A DNA stretch of 64,000 bases from the NCBI GenBank assembly GCA_965205655.1, contig CBDBIJ010000110.1, positions 1-64,000 on the forward strand. Direction: 5' to 3'. This DNA comes from Candidatus Latescibacterota bacterium (GTDB lineage: Bacteria; Latescibacterota; UBA2968; UBA8231). A program made the translations under genes and the position numbers. A model generated the notes under the pieces. It ran no database searches. It saw only the letters and a program-made list of their open reading frames with translations, and was not told where the DNA came from. Shown here in pieces: positions 21,029 to 30,596 of the stretch. Position 1 is the stretch's first letter; the number at the start of each line of letters is the position of its first letter.

Positions 21029-22162
21029 ATGAGTCACAGCTCGACCCTGATCGACAGCTCCCAGATGGTCGAGCGCATTGTAGCCCGGGGATTCGAAGAC
21101 GGTCGCGTCGCCATCGATACCGAGCTTCTTTGGGAGCGGACCTACTACCCCCGACTCGCCATTGTCCAAATCGCCCTATCGGAGGAGGAGTGGTATCTCG
21201 TCGACGCGGCGATACCCGACATTCTGGCGCCTTTGGGTCCACTTCTGGAAGACGTCTCCGTCGTCAAGATTCTCCATGACGCCGCCCAGGATCTTGCCGT
21301 GCTCCGACGTGCCACCGGCCGTTCTCCCAGATCCATCTACGATACCCGGGTCGCCGCCGGTTTTGCCGGTCTCAGTTCCACCGTCTCCCTTGGCACACTC
21401 CTTTTGGAGCTGATGGAGGTGGAGTTGCCGAAGACGGAGACCCGCACCGACTGGTTTCAACGTCCCCTCACGCAAAGCCAGATCGACTACGCCGCCGATG
21501 ACGTTCGATTTCTCGTCGCGGCGCAGCGCGTGCTGACCTCCCGGGCCCGCGACCGGGGCGTCGAGCAGTGGCTGAGTGAGGAACTGGCCATGCTCGACGA
21601 CCCGGGCCTCTACGCAGAGCGCGATGAGCGCCTGCAGTATGAGCGTGTCAAGGGCAGTGGTCGACTGACGCGGCAGCAGCTGGCCGTGCTGCGGGAGCTG
21701 ACGGCCTGGCGCGAAGAGGAAGCGCGACTGCAGGACAGGCCTCGAGGCCGTATCTCGTCGGACAAAATGTTGTTGCGGCTGGCGACCCGACCTCCTCGCA
21801 CTGAGGAAGACATGGAGACACTCAAGAGCTTTCGCGGCGCCAGACATCGACGCCACCGGGCCGACATTCTGCAGGCAGTTGAAGTCGGGCTCGCCGTCGG
21901 GCAAGAAGACTGTCCCCAACCGCCACCGCGCTCCCGTTTCGACCGAACCTTCGCGCAACGAGCTGACTCCGCTATCGGGCTGCTCGAAGAGCGCAGCGCT
22001 CAACACCGCATCGACCACGCGCTCGTGGCCACGCGCTCGGAGGTCAGGGCTCTGCTGAGAGACGGCGGTGACGCCAAATCAGAGCGACACCGGCTGCTGA
22101 ACGGCTGGAGGTGGGGGTTTCTGGGGCGAGACCTGCTCGAACTGGCGCGGAACTCTGCTTGA
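21029..22162 (+). CDS. rnd: Ribonuclease D
   Basis: AIDTE..ERTYYP, KILH, DTRVAA, TDWFQRPLT..QIDYAADDV, HRDC region, C-terminal GWR. Confidence 0.92.
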   Translation: MSHSSTLIDSSQMVERIVARGFEDGRVAIDTELLWERTYYPRLAIVQIALSEEEWYLVDAAIPDILAPLGPLLEDVSVVKILHDAAQDLAVLRRATGRSPRSIYDTRVAAGFAGLSSTVSLGTLLLELMEVELPKTETRTDWFQRPLTQSQIDYAADDVRFLVAAQRVLTSRARDRGVEQWLSEELAMLDDPGLYAERDERLQYERVKGSGRLTRQQLAVLRELTAWREEEARLQDRPRGRISSDKMLLRLATRPPRTEEDMETLKSFRGARHRRHRADILQAVEVGLAVGQEDCPQPPPRSRFDRTFAQRADSAIGLLEERSAQHRIDHALVATRSEVRALLRDGGDAKSERHRLLNGWRWGFLGRDLLELARNSA

Positions 22163-22201
22163 CAGCCAGCTCTGGCCGACCCGATAATCCGATAGGTGTG
22201 T

Positions 22202-23080
22202 ATGGGCAATCCGGAGTTCATGCGCAAGCAGACGCTAGCAGCGTACGAGACCGGATGGGATCAGTTGAGCGGCGACCCGGACCTGCGCTCGCGCTTCTGG
22301 CAGGAGGAGTCAGATCGGTTTCTTGCCGAGGAGGAGCTCTGCATCGCGCGCGAATGGTTCAGGGGGAAGAATGTGCTGGAGGCTGGCTGCGGCGGCGGGC
22401 GCTGGACCTACGCCCAGCAGAAACTCGGTGCCAACGTCACCGCTTTCGATGCCACTGCCGCCGGCACCGAGGTCGTGCGCAAGACCGTTGCCCGCGGTGA
22501 AACGCGGACAATCCGGGCCAATGTTTTCGACCTGGATCCCGAAATTACCGACCGCCGCTACGATCTGATATTCTCGTGGGGTGTCCTGCACCACACCGGC
22601 GATACGCGGCGATGTATTCAGATCCTCTCCGAGCTGCTCGCCGACGACGGCCTGCTCTACATCTACCTCTACGGCAGGGATACCTGGAGCCGCTGGCGCC
22701 GCCTCTGGGTTCCCGCAGTGCGCTACCTCACGCTGCCTATCCCGGCGAGAACGCGTTTCCGTTTTTTCAAAGCGATGCTGGGGGAATACAAGGCTGGAGT
22801 GGCAATGGATGTCCTGGCCCCGACAATTGCTCACCGCCATACCCACGAAGAGGTGGACCAGTGGCTGGAGGAGGCCGGATTGAGGCGCCGCGTCCGTACG
22901 ATTGGCGACACCGAGATTCGACGCAAAGCGTGGCGAGATCGGTGCTCTGCCGAAAGTGCTTTCCTGCCCGTTCCGGAGCCACCCTATTGGTATGATGCCT
23001 GGACCGTCGAGAATTACAACAATCTGAGGCGCCGGGACATGTACGACCCCGGGCGAGAGGATGCCGACGGCGTAGACTGA
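22202..23080 (+). CDS. Class I SAM-dependent methyltransferase
   Basis: VLEAGCGGGR, DLIFSWGVLHHT. Confidence 0.85.
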   Translation: MGNPEFMRKQTLAAYETGWDQLSGDPDLRSRFWQEESDRFLAEEELCIAREWFRGKNVLEAGCGGGRWTYAQQKLGANVTAFDATAAGTEVVRKTVARGETRTIRANVFDLDPEITDRRYDLIFSWGVLHHTGDTRRCIQILSELLADDGLLYIYLYGRDTWSRWRRLWVPAVRYLTLPIPARTRFRFFKAMLGEYKAGVAMDVLAPTIAHRHTHEEVDQWLEEAGLRRRVRTIGDTEIRRKAWRDRCSAESAFLPVPEPPYWYDAWTVENYNNLRRRDMYDPGREDADGVD

Positions 23081-23118
23081 CGACGAAGGCGTACTGTCCG
23101 CAGTGCCGAAGTGCTTAC

Positions 23119-24264
23119 TCAGGCCAGGCCAGGCGCTTCCATGAACTCCTCGTACAGGGCTTGCTCTCGCCTTTCCATCTCGCCGCCGTCCAGTGTCAGT
23201 GCGCGCTCACGGGCGCGGCTCCCCAGCTGCTGTCGGTACTCCGTGTCGTCGCTGAGTCGCACGAAGGCATCTCGAAACCCCTGCGGCGCGATATCGACTC
23301 GAATACCTGTTCCACCCATGATCTCCGCCAGGGGTGGAATGTCTGCGGCGACGACGGGTAACCCGCACGCCATCGCTTCGAGTACCGGAATGCAAAACCC
23401 TTCGAATTTGGTCGCGATGGCGAAGACATCAGCCCAATGGTACTCGGCCTCGATCATGGCGTACTTCACGCTCGGTTTGAACTCGATGCGGTCCGCCATT
23501 CCGTAGCGCTGCACCAGCTGGTGCAGGTGCGCCGCGTACTCCTCGCTGTCACTGCCGACCAGCCGGAACTCCACGTCCAAACCGCGAACCGCCTCGATCA
23601 GGCACTCCTGGTTCTTCTGCTTGTTGAGCCGGCCAATGCACAGCAATCGCAGTGGCCCTGGTGCGCGCTCATGTTCTCTGGGGCTGAACTTCCGTGTGTC
23701 GACGCGGTTGTAGATTATTTCCACCCTGCTGGCGCCGTACTTGCGGGCGTAGTGTTCGAGAAAACCGGTCACACAGATGACCGATGCAGTACGGGGTAGC
23801 GCATAGCGCTCGAACAGTCGTGAGGCGGCGTAGTTCTTCAGGTAGGACATGATCGGCACGACATCCGGATAGCTGCGGATCTCGTCGTAGTCTCCGTGGA
23901 GGGAGGTGATTACCGAGATACCGAGACGCGTACCGATTCGACTGGCGTAAAACGCGGGAACATGGGCGCCGTGGGCGCGAATCACTGCCGGCCGCAGCTC
24001 GCGCACCAGCGCCTCGGTGCGCGCCAGGTGGATCGGCAGGGTCGCGATGGCGCGTGCGTACGTGCCGAGCGGGTGGATATGAAGCTCCGCGTCGCCTACC
24101 AGCTCCTGCACCTTGCTGGGCTCCACCTCTTCATCGGCAAAGGAGCAGATATCGACGCGGCTGAAGATGTTTCCCGGATTCCAGTAACGCGGCTTGATCT
24201 CACCTTTCCTGGCATAGCGGATAATCGGATCGCCGGGAAAGACGACCAGTCTTCTGTCAGTCAC
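23119..24264 (-). CDS. Glycosyltransferase family 4
   Basis: IGRLNKQKN, EGFCIPVLEAMACGLPVV. Confidence 0.9.
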   Translation of the reverse strand: MTDRRLVVFPGDPIIRYARKGEIKPRYWNPGNIFSRVDICSFADEEVEPSKVQELVGDAELHIHPLGTYARAIATLPIHLARTEALVRELRPAVIRAHGAHVPAFYASRIGTRLGISVITSLHGDYDEIRSYPDVVPIMSYLKNYAASRLFERYALPRTASVICVTGFLEHYARKYGASRVEIIYNRVDTRKFSPREHERAPGPLRLLCIGRLNKQKNQECLIEAVRGLDVEFRLVGSDSEEYAAHLHQLVQRYGMADRIEFKPSVKYAMIEAEYHWADVFAIATKFEGFCIPVLEAMACGLPVVAADIPPLAEIMGGTGIRVDIAPQGFRDAFVRLSDDTEYRQQLGSRARERALTLDGGEMERREQALYEEFMEAPGLA

Positions 24265-24306
24265 GTGGAACGGCTCCCCTCAGCTCGGCGCCCTTCGCGG
24301 CGCACC

Positions 24307-24340
24307 AAAAAAAAAGCGGCGCTCCTGGCTGGAGCACCGC
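24307..24340 (-). terminator. Rho-independent terminator after rpsU
   Basis: Stem GCGGTGCTCC / GGAGCGCCGC followed by a T9 run on the minus strand. Confidence 0.85.
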
Positions 24341-24370
24341 CGTCCCTGTCGATTCCGCAGTGTTTCGGGC

Positions 24371-24664
24371 TCAGCGCCTGCCGCCCCCGAAGCCGCCGCC
24401 GCCACGCCCGCGCCCTTTGTCTCCGCGCCCCTTGCCGCGCTCTTCCTTGACGCCGCTGGCCGCCAGCTCGGCGAGACGCTCCGCCTTTTTCTGCCGGCGG
24501 ATGCTCTTCTGACGATCGATCTTCTTTTGCACGGAGGGCTTCGTATAGAACCGCTTGCGCTTCAGGTCGCGCATCAGCCCGGTTTTCTTCGTCTTGACCG
24601 AAAACCGACGCAACGCCTTCTCGAAGGGCTCGTCCCCGTAAATTTCGACGCTGAAATTGATCAC
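24371..24664 (-). CDS. rpsU: 30S ribosomal protein S21 with Gly/Arg-rich tail
   Basis: EPFEKALRRF...GL...RFYTKPS. Confidence 0.88.
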   Translation of the reverse strand: MINFSVEIYGDEPFEKALRRFSVKTKKTGLMRDLKRKRFYTKPSVQKKIDRQKSIRRQKKAERLAELAASGVKEERGKGRGDKGRGRGGGGFGGGRR

Positions 24665-24837
24665 TCAGTCTCCTTCAGTCTTCTCTTCAGTTCTCCAATA
24701 GAATAGAGCAAAAGATATGACGGATCCTGTCGTGGAGCAACTCGGACACCCTCTAACGTGTACCCTGCGGCCATTTCTACAATTTTATAATTATATATTT
24801 ATCAACCTGTTACGCTATAAATCAACCGCCGACGAGT

Positions 24838-26029
24838 TCAGAAATACGTCGCGGCGCTGAACAGCAGCGCCGCCCCTTTGCCCTGATTCTCGAAGGCGTC
24901 CCTCGTCCAGTTGCGCTGGTAGTCGAGCTTGAACACAGTGTCCTCCTGGGGCCGGAAATTGGCTCCGAACGTAAGCCGGCGGTGCGTATCGCCATCGCCG
25001 TCGGTGTCGAAATCGACAAGCCCGTAGCGCACCACTCCGGTGAATTGGGACCCGGGCATCGCTGCTACCCAGTTGCGACCGCCGTGAGCGTTCAGCTGCA
25101 GGTAGTACCCCGCCTGGTTCTCGGCGAACAAGCCACCGAGGGTTTCGGGCACATCAACCGAGGCGCGGGCGTATTCGCCCAGCAGCTCGAACCTGCCCGA
25201 CGTCAGCTCTCCATCCAGGGCAAGCAGGGACAGGCTGCGCTTGTCATCCACGGTCAGATCCTCAGGCCTTCCACGTATTGTAGGCTCCGGTGTGGAGGGA
25301 GGCCGCCACCTCCCAGAATGATTGCGGGCTCACGGCCACGCGGCCCACGAGCGCCGGCCTGTTGTTGTTGTCCTCGAAGTTGCCCTTGCCCGCTGCGATG
25401 CGAGTCCCGTCCGGGTCTCCCACCAACACGCCGTCGTCAAAACCGTTCACGCCATACACTTCGTAGGTGATGCGCATCTCTCCAGACGGGAACAGTGCAC
25501 CGTAAAACCCCATACCTACCTCGGACAGCGTCGCGGGGATGATCTGGGTGCTCACCAGTGGTCGGTCCGTCAAGTCGTTGGCCGGCGAATCGTGAGCCAG
25601 ATTGAAGCGGCCGAGTGGCAACAGAAGAATGCCGCCGCGGAAGTTCAGCGAGGGATGAATCTCGAAGTCGAGCAGGGCTGCCTCGATCTTGATTTCCTCA
25701 CCCCCCTCCTCGAACTCGAGCTCGGCGGCCACTTTCACTCTGTCGGAGACGGGCGAGTAGGCGAAGAGGTTGAAGCGCTTCATTTCGAAGGTGAGCTCCT
25801 CGGTGACTCCGTCTTCCCGCTCCCAGCGCCAGTGGGCCTCGGTGTAGCCGCCGAGGCTGGTCCGGGCGAGGCTCGTTATGAAAGGCTTGTCTGTTATTCC
25901 ACCGGCCACGAAGGGGCGCGGACTTGCTCCCGGGCTCTCCTGCGCCTGCGCTGAGCAGGGGACCAGAGTCGTCGTCAGGACCGTCGCAACCAGCGACAGT
26001 ACAGCCTGTCGTGTTACCATGGTTTTCAT
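24838..26029 (-). CDS. Outer-membrane porin-like beta-barrel protein; +1 frameshift at about 25265
   Basis: Signal peptide, GGYTEAH, ELEFEEGGEE, GRFNLAHDSP, C-terminal AATYF; ORFs 25262-26260 and 24838-25251 join if one base is removed. Confidence 0.7.
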
Positions 26030-26055
26030 CCTTTCTATGAGCACCTGGATCCGTT

Positions 26056-27255
26056 TCACAGAGATTTCAGGAAGGCCACGAGGTCGCGCTGCTCTGCCTC
26101 GCTCAGGGCGGCGTACGCGTCCCGGGACGCCTGAGCTTCGCCGCCGTGTATGATTATCGCGTCGTGCAGACTGTTTGCCCGTCCATCGTGCATATAGAAG
26201 GCGTCCCCGCCGAGAAAGTCCTCGACGAGCCTCGTTCCCCACAGGGGTGCCGTGCGCCACTCGGTGCCGGTGGCATCGCCGTCGGGCCTATCGTCGGCGA
26301 GTTCTGGACCCATGTCGTGAAGGAGGAGGTCCGAATAGAGGTGGGCATCCTGCTCGCTGAGCTGCGGTATGGAATTCTTGCCGGTCGTCAGGAACGGTAT
26401 GTGGCACGAGGCACAACCGCTGCTGGCGAAGGACGCCTCTCCACGCGTTACCTCGGCGGTGATGTCGCCGCGGTCGGGCGGTTGGAGCAGGCGTACGTAG
26501 AGCACGGTCTCCAGAACCGTCGAGGCGGAAAGCTCCGGGTCGGCGACCTGATCACCGGTGGCGACGCCTCCGGCCTGTGGGTGCGGGTTTTCCTCCGGGA
26601 TGAAATCGCTGGTGATTCCGATATCCCCATGATACGCCTCCGCCACCTGCTGCAGGAGTGAAGAGACCTGGGCCTTGCGCGAAAACCGGCCGAGCACCTG
26701 GCCGGAGCCGCCACCGACGTATGCTTCTGACACGTAGTCGGGCGCTGTCACCCAGTTCGGACGTCCCGAGATGCCGTCGCCATTTACGTCATCCGGGTCA
26801 TCGCGTTCCAGGATCGTCTCCTCCGGAATCGCCTCGATGAGACCGACGCCGAAGACGGGCGGGGGCATGCGAAAGGAGGTGTTCGCGCCCAGCGGAACCT
26901 CTTCGAGCGGGACGCCGGGAATGGCCTTGTCCTGGTGCTGCGGGCCCCCCTCATCGAATGCGAGATCGGGGCCACGGCTGAAGCGAATGAACCCCAGGTC
27001 CCTGCTGCCGCGTCCGTCGCCGGGATGGCAGCCGACGTTGTTGAAGATCGGGCCGAGCCCTTCTTCCACCGTGAACGCGCGCTCGAAATTCTCATCCCCT
27101 TCGGCGAAGGCGAGGTTCAAATCGTGAGTCATGCCGTCAAAGGGAGACTCGAAATCATCGCCTGCCGGCGGTGTGCCCGTCATGATCGTATCGCACGCCG
27201 CGAAATTCGAAGCGGCAGCGAGCCCGGCGAGCCTGACCAATTCAAAGTGTTTCAT
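26056..27255 (-). CDS. Di-heme oxidoreductase (DHOR) family lipoprotein
   Basis: Lipobox FAAC, GLGPIFN, GLIEAIP, DGISGRPN, CASCH, YSDLLLHDMG, WRTAPLWG, MHDGRA. Confidence 0.88.
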   Translation of the reverse strand: MKHFELVRLAGLAAASNFAACDTIMTGTPPAGDDFESPFDGMTHDLNLAFAEGDENFERAFTVEEGLGPIFNNVGCHPGDGRGSRDLGFIRFSRGPDLAFDEGGPQHQDKAIPGVPLEEVPLGANTSFRMPPPVFGVGLIEAIPEETILERDDPDDVNGDGISGRPNWVTAPDYVSEAYVGGGSGQVLGRFSRKAQVSSLLQQVAEAYHGDIGITSDFIPEENPHPQAGGVATGDQVADPELSASTVLETVLYVRLLQPPDRGDITAEVTRGEASFASSGCASCHIPFLTTGKNSIPQLSEQDAHLYSDLLLHDMGPELADDRPDGDATGTEWRTAPLWGTRLVEDFLGGDAFYMHDGRANSLHDAIIIHGGEAQASRDAYAALSEAEQRDLVAFLKSL

Positions 27256-27282
27256 TTCTGCCTCCATCTACCAGAAAAATTA

Positions 27283-27315
27283 GTTGCAGCTGCAACAGCA
27301 ATTAGTCTAGGCTAA
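27283..27315. promoter_or_regulatory. Two palindromic operator-like sites upstream of the DHOR-porin operon; the second is DtxR/MntR-like
   Basis: GTTGCAGCTGCAAC (27283-27296, perfect) and TTAGTCTAGGCTAA (27302-27315, 12 of 14 paired). Confidence 0.5.
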
Positions 27316-27501
27316 AACGGCACGCAAGACGCACCAGCATTTTTTCAATAACTTGTGTATAAACAGTTTCTTATAAGAAGAGAATGAAGTCGGTTTGGGA
27401 TGGAAGAGCCAAAAGTGGACAGCGTTCTTGAGCGCTGTCGTGGGCCGAGTTATCTTGATGAGACATCGTCATGGCGGTCAGCAAAAATCAGGGGGTAGGG
27501 C

Positions 27502-28500
27502 ATGCAGTTAGGTACCACGTTCACCCGGTTCGTTAGCCAGGAGCAACGAGCCCATCCACAAGCAACGGGTGAATTCACGAAACTGATTTGCGAGCTGCTC
27601 ATCGCTGCCAAGATTATCGCCCGCGAAGTCAACAAGGCCGGGCTCGCCGAAAATCTGGGACTGACAGGTCGCGTAAACGTCCACGGCGAGGAAGTGCAAA
27701 AGCTCGACGAGTTCGCCAATGCGACGATCATCGGAACCACCGATCACACGGGACATCTGGCGGGGATGGCCTCCGAGGAGATGGAGGATATCTACCGCAT
27801 CCCGGACAAACATCCGCGGGGGAACTACATTCTCCTGTTCGATCCCGTCGACGGCTCCTCCAACATCGATGTCAACGTCAGTATCGGCACCATCTTCTCT
27901 GTGCACCGAAAATCGAGCCAGGGCGGTGTCACGAAAGAGGACTTCCTGCGGAAAGGCTCCGAGCAAGTCTGCGCCGGCTACATCATATACGGATCGAGCA
28001 CGATGCTCGTCTACACCTCGGGCCAGGGTGTCCACGGCTTTACCCTGGACCCGACCATCGGCGAGTTTCTCCTGTCCCACGAGAATATCCGCATTCCCTC
28101 GAGGGGGAAAATCTACAGCGCCAACGAGAGCTACTACTCGGGCTGGCAGCCAGGCGTCCGGCGCTACGTCGACCACCTGAAAGAGCACGACGAAGCCACC
28201 GGGCGGCCGTACTCGGCTCGCTATATCGGCTCCCTCGTATCGGACTTTCACCGCAACATGCTGAAGGGCGGAATTTTCATGTACCCTCCCGATGAAAGAT
28301 CGCCCCGGGGAAAGCTGCGGTTACTCTACGAGGCGTCGCCGCTCGCCTTTATCGCCGCTCGAGCGGGGGGCAAGGCCAGCGACGGCCAGACGGAGATCCT
28401 CGACATTCAGCCGCAAGGGCTCCACGAGCGGGTGCCGCTGTTCATCGGCAGCGCCGAAGACGTCGATACCGCCGTCGAATTCATTCAGGGAAAGAGATAG
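27502..28500 (+). CDS. fbp: Class 1 fructose-1,6-bisphosphatase
   Basis: [49 protein letters not shown]. Confidence 0.96.
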   Translation: MQLGTTFTRFVSQEQRAHPQATGEFTKLICELLIAAKIIAREVNKAGLAENLGLTGRVNVHGEEVQKLDEFANATIIGTTDHTGHLAGMASEEMEDIYRIPDKHPRGNYILLFDPVDGSSNIDVNVSIGTIFSVHRKSSQGGVTKEDFLRKGSEQVCAGYIIYGSSTMLVYTSGQGVHGFTLDPTIGEFLLSHENIRIPSRGKIYSANESYYSGWQPGVRRYVDHLKEHDEATGRPYSARYIGSLVSDFHRNMLKGGIFMYPPDERSPRGKLRLLYEASPLAFIAARAGGKASDGQTEILDIQPQGLHERVPLFIGSAEDVDTAVEFIQGKR

Positions 28501-28515
28501 CGAGGAGGCAGCACC

Positions 28516-29535
28516 ATGATTGCGAAGCAGCTGGCGGCCACGGCAAACGAGCTGGTGGCGAAAGGCAAGGGAATTCTTGCGGCCGATGAGAGCGGCGGCA
28601 CCATCAAGAACCGTTTCGACAGTATCGGTGTGGAGTCGACGGAGGACAATCGACGAGCCTATCGCGAACTCCTCTTCCGGACTCCCGGCATGGAGGAATT
28701 CATCAGCGGCGTCATCCTCTATGACGAAACCATTCGTCAGTCGGCGGCGGACGGCACGCCACTGCCGCAGCTGCTCTCCGACAAGGGGGTCATCCCGGGC
28801 ATCAAGTCAGATGCCGGCGCCAAGGACCTGGCCGGCTTCCCGGGCGAGAAGGTGACCGAGGGCCTTGACGGTTTGCGGGACCGATTCGCCGACTGGCGCA
28901 AGCTGGGTGCCCGATTCTCGAAGTGGCGGGCGGTTATTCAGATCGGCGACGGACTTCCGAGCCGCTGCTGCATCGAAGCGAACGCCCACGCTTTGGCGCG
29001 GAATGCGGCCCTCTCTCAGGAAGCGGGCATCGTTCCCATCGTGGAACCGGAGGTGCTCATGGATAGTGCCCACGATATCGATTGCTGCGAGGAGGTTACC
29101 GAGCACGCGCTCGTCGTCCTGTATTCGCAACTCCACGAGCACGGCGTCGCCCTTGAGGGAACCCTGCTGAAGCCGAACATGGTGCTGTCCGGCAAAGACT
29201 GCCCGCAACAGGCCGGCGTCTCCGAAGTGGCCGAGGCCACTCTTCGCTGCTTCCGCAGAGGGGTGCCGGCTTCCGTGCCCGGCATCGTTTTTCTGTCGGG
29301 CGGTCAGACGCCCGAGCAGTCGACGGCACATCTCAACGCGATGAACGCGCTCGGTGACGCGCCGTGGGAGCTGAGCTTCTCGTACGGCCGCGCCCTTCAG
29401 GAGCCGGCCCTGAAGGCCTGGAAGGGACAGGCGTCGAACGCCGAGGCGGCGCAAACGGCGCTTTCCCATCGGGCCAGCTTGAACGGTTCGGCGAGGTATG
29501 GAAGCTACACAACTGAAATGGAAGCTGCGGCCTGA
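28516..29535 (+). CDS. Class I fructose-bisphosphate aldolase (eukaryote-type)
   Basis: GILAADES, EGLDGL, KWRAV, VPIVEPEV, LLKPNMV, FLSGGQ, SFSYGRALQ. Confidence 0.95.
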   Translation: MIAKQLAATANELVAKGKGILAADESGGTIKNRFDSIGVESTEDNRRAYRELLFRTPGMEEFISGVILYDETIRQSAADGTPLPQLLSDKGVIPGIKSDAGAKDLAGFPGEKVTEGLDGLRDRFADWRKLGARFSKWRAVIQIGDGLPSRCCIEANAHALARNAALSQEAGIVPIVEPEVLMDSAHDIDCCEEVTEHALVVLYSQLHEHGVALEGTLLKPNMVLSGKDCPQQAGVSEVAEATLRCFRRGVPASVPGIVFLSGGQTPEQSTAHLNAMNALGDAPWELSFSYGRALQEPALKAWKGQASNAEAAQTALSHRASLNGSARYGSYTTEMEAAA

Positions 29536-29547
29536 TTGGCGCGCTGA

Positions 29548-30426
29548 TCAGACCGCTTCGGGCTGGCTCCGGGATTTGAGATCGGCGATGACGAGCCTGA
29601 GTTCTCTCATGTCCGGATCCATGAAGTGAAGATGCAGGGTGGTTGCGTCCGCGCCCTGGTCGCGGTGAGCGGAGACAACGCCGGCGGTGAGTTCGGAAAG
29701 GACGAAGTGACTGTCGGCGGACCAGAAATCCACCATGTCGCCCTTTTCCACATCGAGGTCGACCTCGATAGCGGCGCCACCTTCGCTGATGTCTACGAGC
29801 TTGCCGGGGACAGACTCCAGGTTGTCGAAGATATCCACCTCCGCGGGGGGCTCGTCCTCGATGAGTGACACGACTTCCTCTGTGAGCTGCTTTTTCTTCG
29901 GCGCGACCCAGATCGACAGATCCGCCTCCACCCTGACGTATTCGCGCTCGTGGACATCTGCCTCGCGCATGCGTCGGAGCTTGTCCACGATGCGGTCGAG
30001 GAGTTTGATTTCACGCTGGCGACGGGCGATCCGCTTGCCGAGATCGGCCATGAGGTATTCACGGCCGCTTGCGGCGGTGAGCAGATTGTGGGGAGCCTTC
30101 GGTGAAAGCCTCCCGGCAATCCGCTCGAGTGTTTTCGTCTCGCCGAGTTTGAAGCCGAAGGCGGCGGCCCGCTCCCGGAAGTCATCCAGCTGCACCTTCT
30201 GTCTCTTCTTGCGAACCGCTTTTACGCCACCAGAGCCTGAGGTCGAGCGAATGAAGTTCAAGGCGATGAGGGCGAGCACTACCGCGATCGCCGCGTAGAG
30301 GAACCACGTGAAGTACCCGAAATCGAATTCTTGAAACTTGACGTAGCCGCCCTGGCCGTAGGCAGCGGCTGGTATGCTGCACAGTGATAGAATGACGGCG
30401 TGCTGGGTGATCGAGCGAATATTCAT
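29548..30426 (-). CDS. Membrane-anchored PilZ-domain protein
   Basis: Signal peptide plus TM; RxxxR-like EREYVR and DISEGGA motifs. Confidence 0.65.
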   Translation of the reverse strand: MNIRSITQHAVILSLCSIPAAAYGQGGYVKFQEFDFGYFTWFLYAAIAVVLALIALNFIRSTSGSGGVKAVRKKRQKVQLDDFRERAAAFGFKLGETKTLERIAGRLSPKAPHNLLTAASGREYLMADLGKRIARRQREIKLLDRIVDKLRRMREADVHEREYVRVEADLSIWVAPKKKQLTEEVVSLIEDEPPAEVDIFDNLESVPGKLVDISEGGAAIEVDLDVEKGDMVDFWSADSHFVLSELTAGVVSAHRDQGADATTLHLHFMDPDMRELRLVIADLKSRSQPEAV

Positions 30427-30596
30427 AACGTCCCCTGAAACGCGGCAAAGGGATTCTTCTCTTACTAAATATATCGACCTTGGGACTGGCTGAAATGAAT
30501 ATCGCTTCATTCGGAGCTCGTCTCTTGGCCAAATATGGGGTGTTTTATCTGTATTCTGGTACCTCTCCTCGAGTTGCTTCAGTGACTCGTCAATAA

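Noticed and set aside
25255..25270. TGA in the porin as selenocysteine or read-through
   Set aside because: The downstream half is in a different frame; a one-base insertion explains it
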